Shown here one piece after another: positions 1 through 15,127 of a stretch of 64,000 nucleotides of DNA (position 1 is the stretch's first letter; every line of letters starts with the position of its first letter). Origin of the DNA: the human T2T-CHM13v2.0 reference genome, Homo sapiens; assembly GCF_009914755.1 (NCBI RefSeq), contig NC_060933.1; one strand, 5' to 3'. Below the pieces are notes generated by a model that was not told where the DNA came from, ran no database searches, and saw nothing but the letters and a program-made list of their open reading frames with translations. The position numbers and the translations under genes are program-made.

Positions 1-3000
1 TTCCATTCCTTTCCATTCCATTACGGATGATTCCATTCCATTGCATTCCATTCCATTCCATTCCCCTGTACTCGGGTTGATTCCATTCCATTCCATTCCA
101 ATCCATGCCATTCCACTCGTGTTGATTCCATTCTTTCCATTCCATTCAAGTTGAATCCATTCCATTGCATTCCATTCCATTCGATTCCATTCGATTGCAC
201 TCGGGTTGATTCCCTTCCATTGCATTCCACTCCATTCCATTCCATTCCATTCCATTCCATTCCATTCCATTCCGTTCCATTCCATTCCATTACATTCAGA
301 TTGATTCTATTCAATTCCCTTACACTCCATTACATTCCATTCCATTCGTGTAGTTTCCATTCCATTCCATTCCATTCCTCTCCATTCCATTGACCTCGGG
401 TTGATTCCATTCCATTGCATTCCATTCCATTCCATTCAATTCCATTCCGTTCCATTCCATTCCATTACATTCGGATTGATTCTATTCAACTCCCTTACTC
501 TCCATTACATTCCATTCCATTCGGGTTGTTCCATTCCATTCCATTCCATTCCACTCCATTCCATTGCACTCGGGTTTATTCCATTCCATTCCATTCCATT
601 CCATTCCATTCCATTCCATTCCTTTCCGTTCCATTCCATTCCATTCCATTCCATTCCAATCCATTCCATTCCGTTGCGTTCCGTTCCAATCCATTCCATT
701 CCATTCTATTCGGGTTAATTCCATTCCATTCCATTCGATTGCAATCGAGTTGATTCCATGCCATTCCATTCCATTCCATTCCATTCCATTCGTTTCCATT
801 CCATTACGGATGATTCAATTCCATTGCATTCCATTCCATTCCATTCCCCTGTACTCGGGTTGATTCCATTCCATTCCATTCCAATCCATGCCATTCCACT
901 CGTGTTGATTCCATTCTTTCCATTCCATTCAAGTTGAATCCATTCCATTGCATTCCATTCCATTCCATTACCCTGCAGTCGGCTTGTTTCCATTCCATTC
1001 CATTCCATTCCATTCCATTCCATTCCATTCCATTCCATTGTACTCGGGTTGATTCAATTCCATTGCATTGCATTCCATTCCATTCCATTCCGTTGCATTC
1101 CATTCTATTACATTCGGATTGATTCTATTCAACTCCCTTACTCTCCATTACATTCCATTCCATTCGGGTTGTTCCATTCAATTCCATTCTATTCCACTCC
1201 ATTCCATTGCACTCGGGTTGATTCCATTCCATTCCATTCCATTCCATTCCATTCCATTCCATTACAATTCGTTCCATTCCATTCTATTCCGTACCATTCC
1301 ATTCCATTCCATACCATTCCATTCCATTCCATTCCATTCCATTCCGTTCCATTCCATTCCATTCCATTCTATTCGAATTAATTCCATTCCATTCCATTCC
1401 ATTCTATTCCATTCCATTGCAATCGAGTTGAATCCATTGCATTTCATTCCATTCCATTCCATTCCATTCCATTCCGGAAGATTCCATTCCATTGCATTCC
1501 ACTCCATTACATTCCCCTGCTCTCGCGTTGATTCCATTCCATTCCATTCCATTCCATTCCATTCCCTTCCGTTCCATTCCATTCCATTCCATTCCATTCC
1601 ATTCCATTCCGCTCCGTTCCATTCCATTCCATTCCATTCTATTCGGGTTAATTCCATTCCATTCCATTCGATTGCAATCGAGTTGATTCCATTCCATTCC
1701 ATTCCATTCCATTCCATTCCATTCCATTCCATTCCATTCCTTTCCATTCCATTACGGATGATTCCATTCCATTGCATTCCATACCATTCCATTCCCCTAT
1801 ACTCGGGTTGATTCCATTCCATTCCATTCCAATCCATGCCATTCCACTCGTGGTGATTCCATTCTTTCAATTCCATTCAAGTTGAATCCATTCCATTGCA
1901 TTCCATTCCATTCGATTCCATTCCATTCCATTCCGTTCCATTTCATTTCATTACATTCAGATTGATTCTATTCAATTCCCTTACACTCCATTATATTCCA
2001 ATCCATTCTGGTTGTCTCCATTCCATTCCATTCTATTTCACTCCATTCCATTGCACTCGGGTTGATTCCATTCCATTCCATTCCATTGCATTCCATTCCA
2101 TTCCATTCCGGATGATTCCATTCCATTGCACTCCATTCCATTCCATTCCCCTGCACTCGGGTTGATTCCATTCCATTCCATTACATTACAATCCGTTCCA
2201 TTCCATTCCATTCCATTCGGATTGATTCTATTCAATTCCCTTACACTCCATTCCATTCCATTCCATTCGGGTAGTTTCCATTCCATTCCATTCCATTCCT
2301 CTCCATTCCATTGCACTCGGGTTGATTCCATTCCATTCCATTACATTCCATTCCATTACATTACATTACATTACATTCCGTTCCATTGTACTCGGGTTGA
2401 TTCCATTCCATTGCATTCCATTCCATTCCATTCCATTCCATTCCATTCCATTCCATTCCATTCCGTTCCATTCCATTACATTCGGATTGATTCTATTCAA
2501 CTCCCTTACTCTCCATTACATTCCATTCCATTCGGGTTGTTCCATTCCATTCCATTCCATTCCACTCCATTCCATTGCGCTCGGGTTGATTCCATTCCAT
2601 TCCATTCCACTCCATTCCAGTCCTTTCCATTCCATTCCACTCGGGTTGATTCCAATGTATTCCTTTCCATTCCATTCCATTCCATTGCAATCAAGTTGAT
2701 TCCATTGCTTTGCATTCCATTCCATTCCATTCCATTCCGGATGATTCCATTCCATTGCATTCCATTCCATTCCATTCCCCTGCACTCGGGTTGATTGCAT
2801 TCCATTCCACTCCATTCCGTTCCATTCCATTCCATTCCATTGTATTCGGGTTAATTCCATTCCATTCCATTCCATTCCATTCCATTCCATTACAATCGAG
2901 TTGATTCTATTCCATTCCATTCCATTCCAGTCCTTTCCATTCCATTCCACTCGGGTTGATTCCATTCCATTAGTTTCCATTCCATTCCATTCCCTTCCAT

Positions 3001-6000
3001 TCCACTCTGGTTGATACCATTCCTTTCCATTCCACTCGAATACAATCCCTCCTATTCCACTCGGAACGATTCCATTCCATTCCATTTCATTCCATTCCAT
3101 TCCATTCCATTTCGTTCCATTCCATTCTATTCCGTATCATTCCATTCCATTCCTTTCCATTCCATTCCATTCCATTCCATTCCATTCCATTGTACTCGGG
3201 TTGATTCAATTCCATTGCATTCCATTCCATTCCATTCCATTCCATTCAATTCGGTTGCATTCCATTCCATTACATTCGGATTGATTCTATTCAACTCCCT
3301 TACTCTCCATTCCATTCCATTCCATTCGGGTTGTTCCATTCCATTCCATTCCATTCCACTCCATTCCATTGCACTCGGGTTGATTCCATTCCATTCCATA
3401 CCATTCCATTCCATTCCATTCCGGATGATTCCATTCCATTGCATTCCGTTCCATTACATTCCCCTGCACTCGCGTTGATTCCATTCCATTCCATTCCATT
3501 CCGTTCCGTTCCATTCCGTTCCATTCCATTCCATTCCATTCTATTCGGATTAATTCCAAACCATTCCATTCCATTCTATTCCATTCCATTGCAATCGATT
3601 TGAATCCATTGCATTTCATTCCATTCCATTCCATTCCGGAAGATTCCATTCCATTTCATTCCATTCCATTCCATTTCCCTGCACTCGCGTTGATTCCATT
3701 CCATTCCATTCCATTCCATTCCATTCCATTCCTTTCCATTCCATTACGGATGATTCCATTCCATTGCATTCCATTCCATTCCATTCCCCTGTACTCGGGT
3801 TGATTCCATTCCATTCCATTCCAATCCATGGCATTCCACTCTTGTTGATTCCATTCTTTCCATTCCATTCAAGTTGAATCCATTCCATTGCATTCCATTC
3901 CATTCGTTTCCATTCTATTGCACTCGGGTTGATTCCATTCCATTGCATTCCATTCCATTCCATTCCATTCCATTCCATTCCATTCCGTTCCATTCCATTC
4001 CATTACATTCGGATTGATTCTATTCAATTCCCTTACACTCCATTACATTCCATTCCATTCGGGTAGTTTCCATTCCATTCCATTCCATTCCTCTCCATTC
4101 CATTGCACTCGGGTTGATTCCATTCCATTGCATTCCATTCCATTCCATTCCATTCCATTCCGTTCCATTCCATTCCATTACATTGGGATTGATTCTATTC
4201 AACTCCCTTACTCTCCATTACATTCCATTCCATTCGGGTTGTTCCATTCCATTCCATTCCATTCCACTCCATTCCATTGCACTCGGGTTGATTCCATTCC
4301 ATTCCATTCCATTCCATTCCATTCCATTCCATTCCGGAAGATTCCATTCCATTGAATTCCATTCCATTCCATTCCATTCCCCTGCACTCGCGTTGATTCC
4401 ATTCCATTCCATTCCATTCCATTCCATTCCATTCCTTTCCGTTCCATTCCATTCCATTCCATTCCATTCCAATCCATTCCATTCCGTTCCGTTCCGTTCC
4501 ATTCCATTCCATTCCATTCTATTCGGGTTAATTCCATTCCATTCCATTCGATTGCAATCGAGTTGATTCCAATCCATTCCATTCCATTCCATTCCATTCC
4601 ATTCCTTTCCATTCCATTACGGATGATTCCATTCCATTGCATGCCATTCCATTCCATTCCCCTGTACTCGGGTTGATTCCATTCCATTCCATTCCAATCC
4701 ATGCCATTCCACTCGTGTTGATTCCATTCTTTCCATTCCATTCAAGTTGAATCCATTCCATTGCATTCCATTCCATTCCATTCCCCTGCAGTCGGGTTGT
4801 TTTCATTCCATTCCATTCCATTCCATTCCGTTCCGTTCCATTCCATTCCATTCCATTCTATTCGGGTTAATTCCATTCCATTCCATTCCATTCCATTGCA
4901 TTCCATTCCAATCGAGTTGATTCCATTCCATTCCATTCCATTCCATTCCACTCCATTCCAGTCCTTTCCATTCCATTCCATTCGGGTTGATTCCAATGTA
5001 TTCTTTCCATTCCATTCCATTCCGTTGCAATCGAGTTGATTCCATTGCTTTGCATTCCATTCCATTCCATTCCATTCCGGATGATTCCATTCCATTGCAT
5101 TCCATTCCATTCCATTCCCCTGCACTCGGGTTGATTCCATTCAATTCCACTCCATTCCGTTCCATTCCATTCCATTGCATTGTATTCGGGTTAATTCCAT
5201 TCCATTCCATTCCATTCCATTCCATTCCATTACAATCGAGTTGATTCCATTCCATTCCATTCCATTCCAGTCCTTTCCATTCCATTCCTCTCGGGTTGAT
5301 TCCATTATATTAGTTTCCATTCCATTCCATTCCCTTCCATTCCACTCAGGTTTTTTCCATTCCTTTCAATTCCACTCGAATACATTCCCTCCTATTCCAC
5401 TTGGAACGATTCCATTCCATTCCATTCCACTCCATTCCATTCCATTCCATTCCATTCCGTTCCATTCCATTTCATTACATTCAGATTGATTCTATTCAAT
5501 TCCCTTACACTCCATTATATTGCAATCCATTCTGGTTGTCTCCATTCCATTCCATTCCATTTCACTCCATTCCATTGCACTCGGGTTGATTCCATTCCAT
5601 TCCATTCCATTGCATTCCATTCCATTCCATTCCGGATGATTCCATTCCATTGCATTCCATTCCATTCCATTCCCCTGCACTCGGGTTGTTTCCATTCCAT
5701 TCCATTACATTATATTCCGTTCCATTCCATTCCATTCCATTCGGATTGATTCTATTCAATTCCCTTACACTCCATTCCATTCCATTCCATTCGGGTAGTT
5801 TCCATTCCATTCCATTCCATTCCTCTCCATTCCATTGCACTCGGGTTGATTCCATTCCATTCCATTACATTACATTACATTACATTACATTACATTCCGT
5901 TCCATTGTACTCGGGTTGATTCCATTTCATTGCATTCCATTCCATTCCATTCCATTCCATTCCATTCCATTACATTCCGTTCCATTCCATTACATTCGGA

Positions 6001-9000
6001 TTGATTCTATTCAACTCCCTTACTCTCCATTACATTCCATTCCATTCGTGTTGTTCCATTCCATTCCATTCCATTCCACTCCATTCCATTGCACTCGGGT
6101 TGATTCCATTCCATTCCATTCCATTCCATTCCATTCCGTTCCATTCCATTCAATTCCGGATGATTCCATTCCATTGCATTCCGTTCCATTACATTCCCCT
6201 GCACTCCGGTTGATTCCATTCCATTCCATTCCATTCCATTCGATTCCATTCCATTCCAATTATTTCCATTCCATTCTATTCCGTACCATTCCATTCCATT
6301 CCATACAATTCAATTCCATTGCATTCCACTCCGTTCGGTTCCGTTCCGTTCTGTTCCGTTCCATTCCATTCCATTCCATTCTATTCGGTTTAATTCCATT
6401 CCATTCCATTCCATTCCATTCCATTCTATTCCATTCCATTGCAATCGAGTTGAATCCATTGCATTCCATTCCATTCCATTGCATTCCATTCCATTCCATT
6501 CCGGAAGATTCCATTGCATTGCATTCCATTCCATTCCCCTGCACTCGCGTTAATTCCATTCCATTCCATTCCATTCCATTCCGTTCCGTTCCATTCCATT
6601 CCATTCCATTGCATTACATTCCGTTCCGTTCCATTCCATTCCATTCCATTCCATTCTCTTCGGGTTAATTCCATCCCATTCCATTCGATTGCAATCGAGT
6701 TGATTCCATTCCATTCTATTCCATTCCATTCCATTCCATTCCACTCCTTTCCTTTCCATTACGGATGATTCCATTCCGTTGCATTCCATTCCATTCCATT
6801 CCCCTGTACTCGGGTTTATTCCATTCCATTCCATTCCAATCCATGCCATTCCACTCGTGTTGATTCCATTCTTTCCATTCCATTCAAGTTGAATCCATTC
6901 CATTGCATTCCATTCCATTCGATTCCATTCGATTGCGCTTGGGTTGATTCCATTCTATTGCATTCCATTCCATTCCATTCCATTCCATTCCGTTCCATTC
7001 CATTCCATTACATTCGGATTGATTCTATTCAATTCCCTTACACTCCATTACATTCCATTCCATTCGGGTAGTTTCCATTCCATTCCATTCCATTCCTCTC
7101 CATTCCATTGCACTCGGGTTGATTCCATTCCATTGCATTCCATTCCATTCCATTCAATTCCATTCCGTTCCATTCCATTCCATTACATTCGGATTGATTC
7201 TATTCAACTCCCTTACTCTCCATTCCATTCCATTCCATTCGGGTTGTTCCATTCCATTCCATTCCATTCCACTCCATTCCATTGCACTCGGGTTGATTCC
7301 ATTCCATTCCATTCCATTCCATTCCATTCTATTCCGGAAGATTCCATTCCATTGCATTCCATTCCATTCCATTCCCCTATACTCGGGTTGATTCCATTCT
7401 ATTCCATTCTATTCCATTCCATTCCCTTCCTTTCCTTTCCATTCCATTCCATTCCATTCCATTCCATTCCATTCCGTTCCTTTCCATTCCATTCCATTCC
7501 ATTCTATTCGGGTTAATTCCATTCCATTCCATTCGTTTGCGATCGAGTTGATTCCATTCCATTCCATTCCATTCCATTCCATTCCATTCCATTCCTTTCA
7601 ATTCCATTACGGATGATTCCATTCCATTGCATTCCATTCCATTCCATTCCCCTATACTCGGGTTGATTCCATTCCATTCCATTCCAATCCATGCCATTCC
7701 ACTCGTGTTGATTCCATTCTTTCCATTCCATTCAAGTTGAATCCATTCCATTGCATTCCATTCCATTCCATTCCATTCCATTGCACTCGGGTTGATTCCA
7801 TTCCATTGCATTCCATTCCATTCCATTCCATTCCATTCCATTCCGTTCCATTCCATTTCATTACATTCAGATTGATTCTATTCAATTCCCTTACACTCCA
7901 TTATATTCCAATCCATTCTGGTTGTCTCCATTCCATTCCATTCCATTTCACTACATTCCATTGCACTCGGGTTGATTCCATTCCATTCCATTACATTACA
8001 TTTCGTTGCATTGCATTCCATTCCATTCGGATTGATTCTATTCAATTCCCTTACACTCCATTCCATTCCATTCCATTCGGGTAGTTTCCATTCCATTCCA
8101 TTCCATTCCTCTCCATTCCATTGCACTCAGGTTGATTCCATTCCATTCCATTCCATTCCATTCCATTACATTACATTCCATTCCATTCCGTTCCATTGTA
8201 CTCGGGTTGATTCCATTCCATTGCATTCCATTCCATTCCATTCCATTCCATTCCATTCCATTCCATTCCATTCCGGATGATTCCATTCCATTGCATTCCG
8301 TTCCATTACATTCCCCTGCACTCGGGTTGATTCCATTCCATTCCATTCCATTCCATTCGATTCCATTCCATTCCAATTCTTTCCATTCCATTCTATTCCG
8401 TACCATTCCATTCCATTCCATACAATTCCATTCCATTCCATTCCACTCCGTTCCGTTCCATTCCGTTCTGTTCCGTTCCATTCCATTCCATTCCATTCTA
8501 TTCGGTTTAATTCCATCCCATTCCATTCCATTCCATTCCATTCCATTCCATTCTTTTCCATTCCATTGCAATCGAGTTGAATCCATTTCATTCCATTCCA
8601 TTCCATTCCATTCCATTCCATTCCGGAAAATTCCATTCCATTGCATTCCATTCCATTCCATTCCATTCCATTCCATTCCATTGTATTCGGGTTGATTCCA
8701 TTCCATTTCATTCCATTCCATTCCATTCCATTCCATTCCGTTCCATTCCGTTCCATTTCATTCCATTCCATTCTATTCGGATTAATTCCATTCCATTAAA
8801 TTCCATTCTATTCTATTCCATTCCATTGCAATCGAGTTGAATCCATTGCATTTCATTCCATTCCATTCCATTCCATTCCATTCCGGAAGATTCCATTCCA
8901 TTGCATTCCATTCCATTGCATTCCCCTGCACTCGCGTTGATTCTATTCCATTCCATTCCATTCCATTCCGTTCCATTCCATTCCATTCAATTCCATTCCA

Positions 9001-10240
9001 TTCCATTACGTTCCGTTCCATTCCATTCCATTCCATTCTATTCGGGTTAATTCCATTCCATTCCATTCGATTGCAATCGAGTTGATTCCATTCCATTCCA
9101 TTCCATTCCATTCCATTCCATTCCATTCCATTCCTTTCCATTCCATTACGGATGATTCCATTCCATTGCATTCCATTCCATTCCATTCCCCTGTACTCGG
9201 GTTGATTCCATTCCATTCCATTCCAATCCATGCCATTCCACTCGTGTTGATTCCATTCTTTCCATTCCATTCAAGTTGAATCCATTCCATTGCATTCCAT
9301 TCCATTCGATTCCATTCGATTGCACTCGTGTTGATTCCATTCCACTGCATTCCATTCCATTCAATTCCATTCCATTCCGTTCCATTCCATTCCATTACAT
9401 TCGGATTGATTCTATTCAATTCCCTTACACTCCATTCCATTCCATTCCATTGGTGTAGTTTCCATTCCATTCCATTCCATTCCTCTCTATTCCATTGCAC
9501 TCGGGTTGATTCCATTCCATTGGATTCCATTCCATTCCATTCAATTCCATTCTGTTCCATTCCATTCCATTACATTCGGATTGATTCTATTCAACTCCCT
9601 TACTCTCCATTACATTCCATTCCATTCGGGTTGTTCCATTCCATTCCATTCCATTCCACTCCATTCCATTGCACTCAGGTTGATTCCATTCCATTCCATT
9701 CCATTCCGGAAGATTCCATTCCATTGCATTCCATTACATTCCATTCCCCTGCACTTGCGTTGATTCCATTCCATTCCATTCCATTCCATTCCATTCCATT
9801 CCATTCCTTTCCGTTCCATTCCATTCCATTCCATTCCATTCCATTCCATTCCATTCCGTTCCGTTCCGTTCCGTTCCGTTCCATTCCATTCCATTCCATT
9901 CTATTCGGGTTAATTCCATTCCATTCCATTCGATTGCAATCGAGTTGAATCCATTCCATTCCATTCCATTCCATTCCATTCCATTCCATTCCTTTCCATT
10001 CCATTACGGATGATTCCATTCCATTGCATTCCATTCCATTCCATTCCCCTGTACTCGGGTTGATTCCATTCCATTCCATTCCAATCCATGCCATTCCACT
10101 CGTGTTGATTCCATTCTTTCCATTCCATTCAAGTTGAATCCATTCCATTGCATTCCATTCCATTCGATTCCATTCGATTGCACTCGGGTTGATTCCATTC
10201 CATTGCATTCCATTCCATTCCATTTCATTCCATTCCATTC
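1..10240 (-). repeat. HSat3 sub-type A domain (left arm)
   Basis: Marker words CCATTACGGATGA and TTCAAGTTGAATCC (about 9 copies each), TTCCGGAAGATTCC, CTCGCGTTG and AACTCCCTTACTCTCC. Confidence 0.75.
1471..9717. promoter_or_regulatory. Eight consensus three-unit heat-shock elements (nTTCnnGAAnnTTCn); motif match only
   Basis: ATTCCGGAAGATTCC at 1471, 3633, 4331, 6498, 7331, 8880 and 9703; ATTCCGGAAAATTCC at 8620. Function is not shown by sequence. Confidence 0.5.
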
Positions 10241-13200
10241 ATTTCCATTCCATTCCATTCCATTCCATTCCATTCCATTGCAATCGAGTTGATTCCATTC
10301 CGTTCCTTTCCATTCCATTCCATTGCCTTGCATTCCACTCGGGTTGATTCCATTCCCTTCTTTCCACTCCATTCCATTCCCTTCCATTCCACTCGGAATG
10401 ATTAATTCCATTCCATTCCATTCCATTTCATTCCATTGCAATCCATTCCAATCCATTCCATTCCATTCCATTCCACTCGAGTTGATTTCATTCCATTCCT
10501 TTCCATTCCATTCCATTCCTTTCCACTCGAGTTGATTCCTTTCCATGCCATTCCTTTGCATTCCTTTCCATGCCATTCCACTCCGGTTGATTCCATTCCA
10601 TTCCATTCCATTCCATTCCATTCCATTCCATTGCATTCCATTCCATTCCGTTCCATTCCATTCCATTACATTCGGATTGATTGTATTCAATTCCCTTACA
10701 CTCCATTACATTCCATTCCATTCGGGTTGTTTCCGTTCCATTACATTCCATTCCACTCCATTCCATTGCACTCAGGTTGATTCCATTCCATTCCATTCCA
10801 TTCCATTCCATTCCATTCCATTCCATTCCATTCCATTTCGTTCCATTCCATTCTATTCCGTACCATTCCATTCCATTCCATTCCATTCCATTCCATGCCA
10901 TTCCACTCGGGTTGATTCCATTCCTTTCCATTCCATTCGGTTTGAATCCATTCCATTCCATTCCATTCCATTCCATTCCATTCCATGCCATTCCACTCGG
11001 GTTGATTCCATTCCTTTCCATTCCATTCGAGTTGAACCCATTCCATTCCATTCCATTCCATTCCATTCCATTCCATTCCATTCCATTGCTCACGGGTTCA
11101 TTCCATCCAATTCCATTCCATTCCATTCCATTCCATTTCGTTCCATTCCATTCTACTCCGTACCATTGCATTCCATTCCATTCCCTTCCATTCCATTTCA
11201 CTCGGGTTTATTCCTTTCCTTTCCATTCCATTCGGGTTGAATCCATTCCATTCCATTCCATTGCATTCCATTCCATTCCATTCCCCTGCAATCGGGTGGA
11301 TTCCATTCTATTCCATTCCATTCCATTCCATTCCATTCCATTCCATTCCATTCCATTTCGTTCCATTCCATTCTATTCCGTACCCTTCCATTCCATTCCA
11401 TTCCATTCCATTCCATGCCATGCCATTCCACTCGGTTTGATTCCATTGCTTTCCATTCCATTTGGGTTGAATCTAATCCATTCCATCCCATTCCATTCCA
11501 TTCCGTTCCATTCCATTCCATTCCATTCTATTCGCGTTAATTCCATTCCATTCCATTACATTCCATTGCAATCGAGTTGATTCCATTCCATTCCGTTCCA
11601 TTCCATTCCATTCCATTCCATTTCGTTCCATTCCATTCTATTCCGTACCATTCCATTCCATTCCATTCCATTCCATTCCATTCCATGCCATTCCACTCGG
11701 GTTGATTCTATTGCTTTCCATTCCATTTGGGTTGAATCCAATCCATTCCATTCCATTCCATTCCATTCCATTCCATTGCACTAGGTTTGATTCCATTCCA
11801 CTGCATTCCATTCCATTCCATTCTGTTCCATTCCATTCCATTACATTCGGATTGATTGTATTCAATTCCTTACACTCCATTACATTCCATTCCATTCGGG
11901 TTGTTTCCATTCCATTCCATTCCATTCCATTCCATTCCATTGCACTCAGGTTGATTCCATTCCATTCCATTCCATTCCATTCCATTCCATTCCATTCCAT
12001 TCCATTCCATTTCGTTCCATTCCATTCTATTCCGTACCATTCCATTCCATTCCATTCCATTCCATGCCATTCCACTCGGGTTTATTCCATTCCTTTCCAT
12101 TCCATTCGGGTTGAATCCATTCCATTCCATTCCATTCCATTCCATTCCATTCCATTGCACTCGGGTTGATTCCATTCCATTCCCTGCCATTCCATTTCAT
12201 TCCATTCCATTCCATTCCATTGCATTCCATTCCATTCCGTACCATTCCATTCCATTACATTCGGATTGATTGTATTCAATTCCCTTATACTCCATTACAT
12301 TCCATTCCATTCGTGTTGTTTCCGTTCCATTACATTCCCTTCCACTCCATTCCATTGCACTCAGGTTGATTCCATTCCATTCCATTCCATTCCATTCCAT
12401 TCCATTCCATTTCGTTCCATTCCATTCTATTCCCTACCATTCCATTCTTTCCATTCCATTCCATGCCAATCCACTCGGGTTTATTCCATTCCTTTCCATT
12501 CCATTCGGGTTGAATCCATTCCATTCCATTCCATTCCATTCCATTCCATTCCATTCCATTCCATTCCCCTGCAATCGGGTGGATTCCATTCTATTCCATT
12601 CCATTCCTTTCCATTCCATTCCATTCCATTCCATTTCGTTCCATTCCATTCTATTCCGTACCATTCCTTTCCATTCCATTCCATTCCATTCCATGCCATG
12701 CCATTCCACTCGGGTTGATTCCATTCCTTTCCATTCCATTCTAGTTGAATCCATTCCATTGCATTCCATTCCATTCGATTCCATTCAATTGCACACGGGG
12801 TCATTCCATTCCATTCCATTCCATTCCATTCCATTCCATTTCGTTCCATTCCATTCTATTCCTTACCATTCCCTTCCATTCAATTCCATTCCACTCCATT
12901 CCATGCCATTCCACTCGGGTTTATTCCATTCCCTTCCATTCCATTCGGGTTGAATCCATTCCATTCCATTCCATTCCATTCCATTCCATGCCATTCCACT
13001 CGGGTTGATTCCATTCTTTTCCATTACATTCGAGTTGAACCCATTCCATTCCATTCCATTCCATTCCATTCCATTCCATTCCACTCGGGTTGATTCCATT
13101 CCTTTCCATTCCATTAGGGTTGAAACCATTCCATTCCATTCCATTCCTTTCGATTCCATTCCATTTCACTCGGGTTGATCCCATTCCATTGCATTCCATT

Positions 13201-15099
13201 CCATTCCATTGCATTCCATTCCGTTCCATTCCATTCCATTACATTCGTATTGATTCTATTCAATTCCCTTACTCTCCATTACATTCCATTCCATTCGGGT
13301 TGTTTCCATTCCATTCCATTCCATTCCACTCCATTCCATTGCAATCGGGTTGATTCCATTCCATTCCATTGCATTCCATTCCATTTCATTCCATTCCATT
13401 CCATTCCATTCCATTCCGTATGATTCCATTCCATTGCATTCCATTCCATTCCATTCCACTGCACTCGGTTGGATTCCATTCTATTCCATTCCATTCCATT
13501 CCATTCCATTCCATTCCATTCCATTCCATTCTATTCGGGTTAATTTCATTCCATTCCCTTCCATTCCATTCCATTCCATTCCATTCCATTCCATTGAAAT
13601 CGAGTTGATTCCATTCCATTCCATTCCATTCCATTCCATTCCATTCTATTCGTGTTAATTCCATTCCATTACATTCCATTCCATTCCCTTCCATTCCATT
13701 CCATTCCATTCCATTCCATTCCATTCTATTAGGGTTAATTCCATTCCATTCCATTCCATTCCATTCCATTCCATTCCATTCCACTCCATTCCATGCCATT
13801 CCACTCGGGTTTATTCCATTCCTTTCCATTCCATTCGGGTTGAGTCCATTCCATTCCATTCCATTCCATTCCATTCCATTCCATTCCATGCCATTGCACT
13901 CGGGTTGATTCCATTCCTTTCCATTCCATTCGAATTGAACCCATTCCATTCCCTTCCATTCCATTCCATTCCATTCCATTCCATTGCTCACGGGTTCATT
14001 CCATTCCATTCCATTCCATTCCATTCCATTCCATTTCGTTCCATTCCATTCTACTCCGTACCATTCCATTCCATTCCATTCCCTTCCATGCCATTTCACT
14101 CGGGTTTATTCCATTCCTTTCCATTCCATTCGGGTTGAATCCATTCCATTCCATTCCATTCCATTCCATTGCGCTCGGGTTGATTCCATTCCATTCTATG
14201 CCATTCCATTTCATTCCGTTCCATTCCATTCCATTCCTTTCCATTCCTTTCCTTTCAATTCCATTCCATTACATTCGGATTGATTCTTTTTAATTCCCTT
14301 ACACTCCATTACATTCCATTCCATTCGGGTACTTTCCATTCCATTCCATTCCATTCCACTGCATTCTATTGCACTCGGGTTGATTGATTCCATTAGAATG
14401 CATTCCATTCCATTCCATTCCCCTGCACTCGGGTTGATCCCATTCCATTGCATTCCATTCCATTCCGTTCCATTCCATTCCATTCCATTCCATTCCATTC
14501 TGTTCAGGTTAATTCCATTCCATTCCATTCCATTCCATTCCATTCCATCCCATTGCAATCTAGTTGATTCCATTGCATTCCATTCCATTCCATTCCATTC
14601 CATTGCATTCCATTCCATTCCATTCCCCTGCACTCAGATTGATTCCATTCCATCCCATTCCATTCCATTCCGTTCCATTACATTCCATTCCATTCTATTC
14701 GCGTTAATTCCATTCCATTCCATTCCATTACATTCCATTGCAATCGAGTTGATTCCATTCCATTCCGTTCCATTCCATTCCATTCCATTCCATTTCGTTC
14801 CATTCCATTCTATTCTGTACAATTCCATTCCATTCCATTCCATTCCATTCCATTCCATTCCATGCCATTCCACTCGGGTTGATTCCATTGCTTTCCATTC
14901 CATTTGGGTTGAATCCAATCCATTCCATTCCATTCCATTCCATTCCATTCCATTCCATTCCATTGCATTGGGTTTGATTCCATTCCGCTGCATTCCATTC
15001 CATTCCATTCCGTTCCATTCCATTCCATTACATTCGGATTGATTGTATTCAATTCCCTTACACTCCATTACATTCCATTCCATTCGGGTTGTTTCCATA

Positions 15100-15127
15100 C
15101 CATTCCATTCCGTGTGCAATGGAATGG
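15100..15127. other. Inversion breakpoint (strand switch) inside the HSat3 array
   Basis: Sequence reads ...gtttccataccattccattCCgtgtgcaatggaatgg... CATTC orientation ends and the truncated word (gaac)ccgtgtgcaat begins. CC at 15110-15111 can belong to either side. Confidence 0.97.

Larger units (their letters stand above)
1..15111 (-). repeat. Satellite III (HSat3) array, left arm; (CATTC)n on +, so the G-rich GGAAT strand is minus
   Basis: Continuous ATTCC pentamers with recurring A(C/T)TCGGGTTG decamers (e.g. 70-79), the diagnostic Satellite III interruption. CATTCGATTC, typical of HSat2, is only occasional. Confidence 0.97.
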
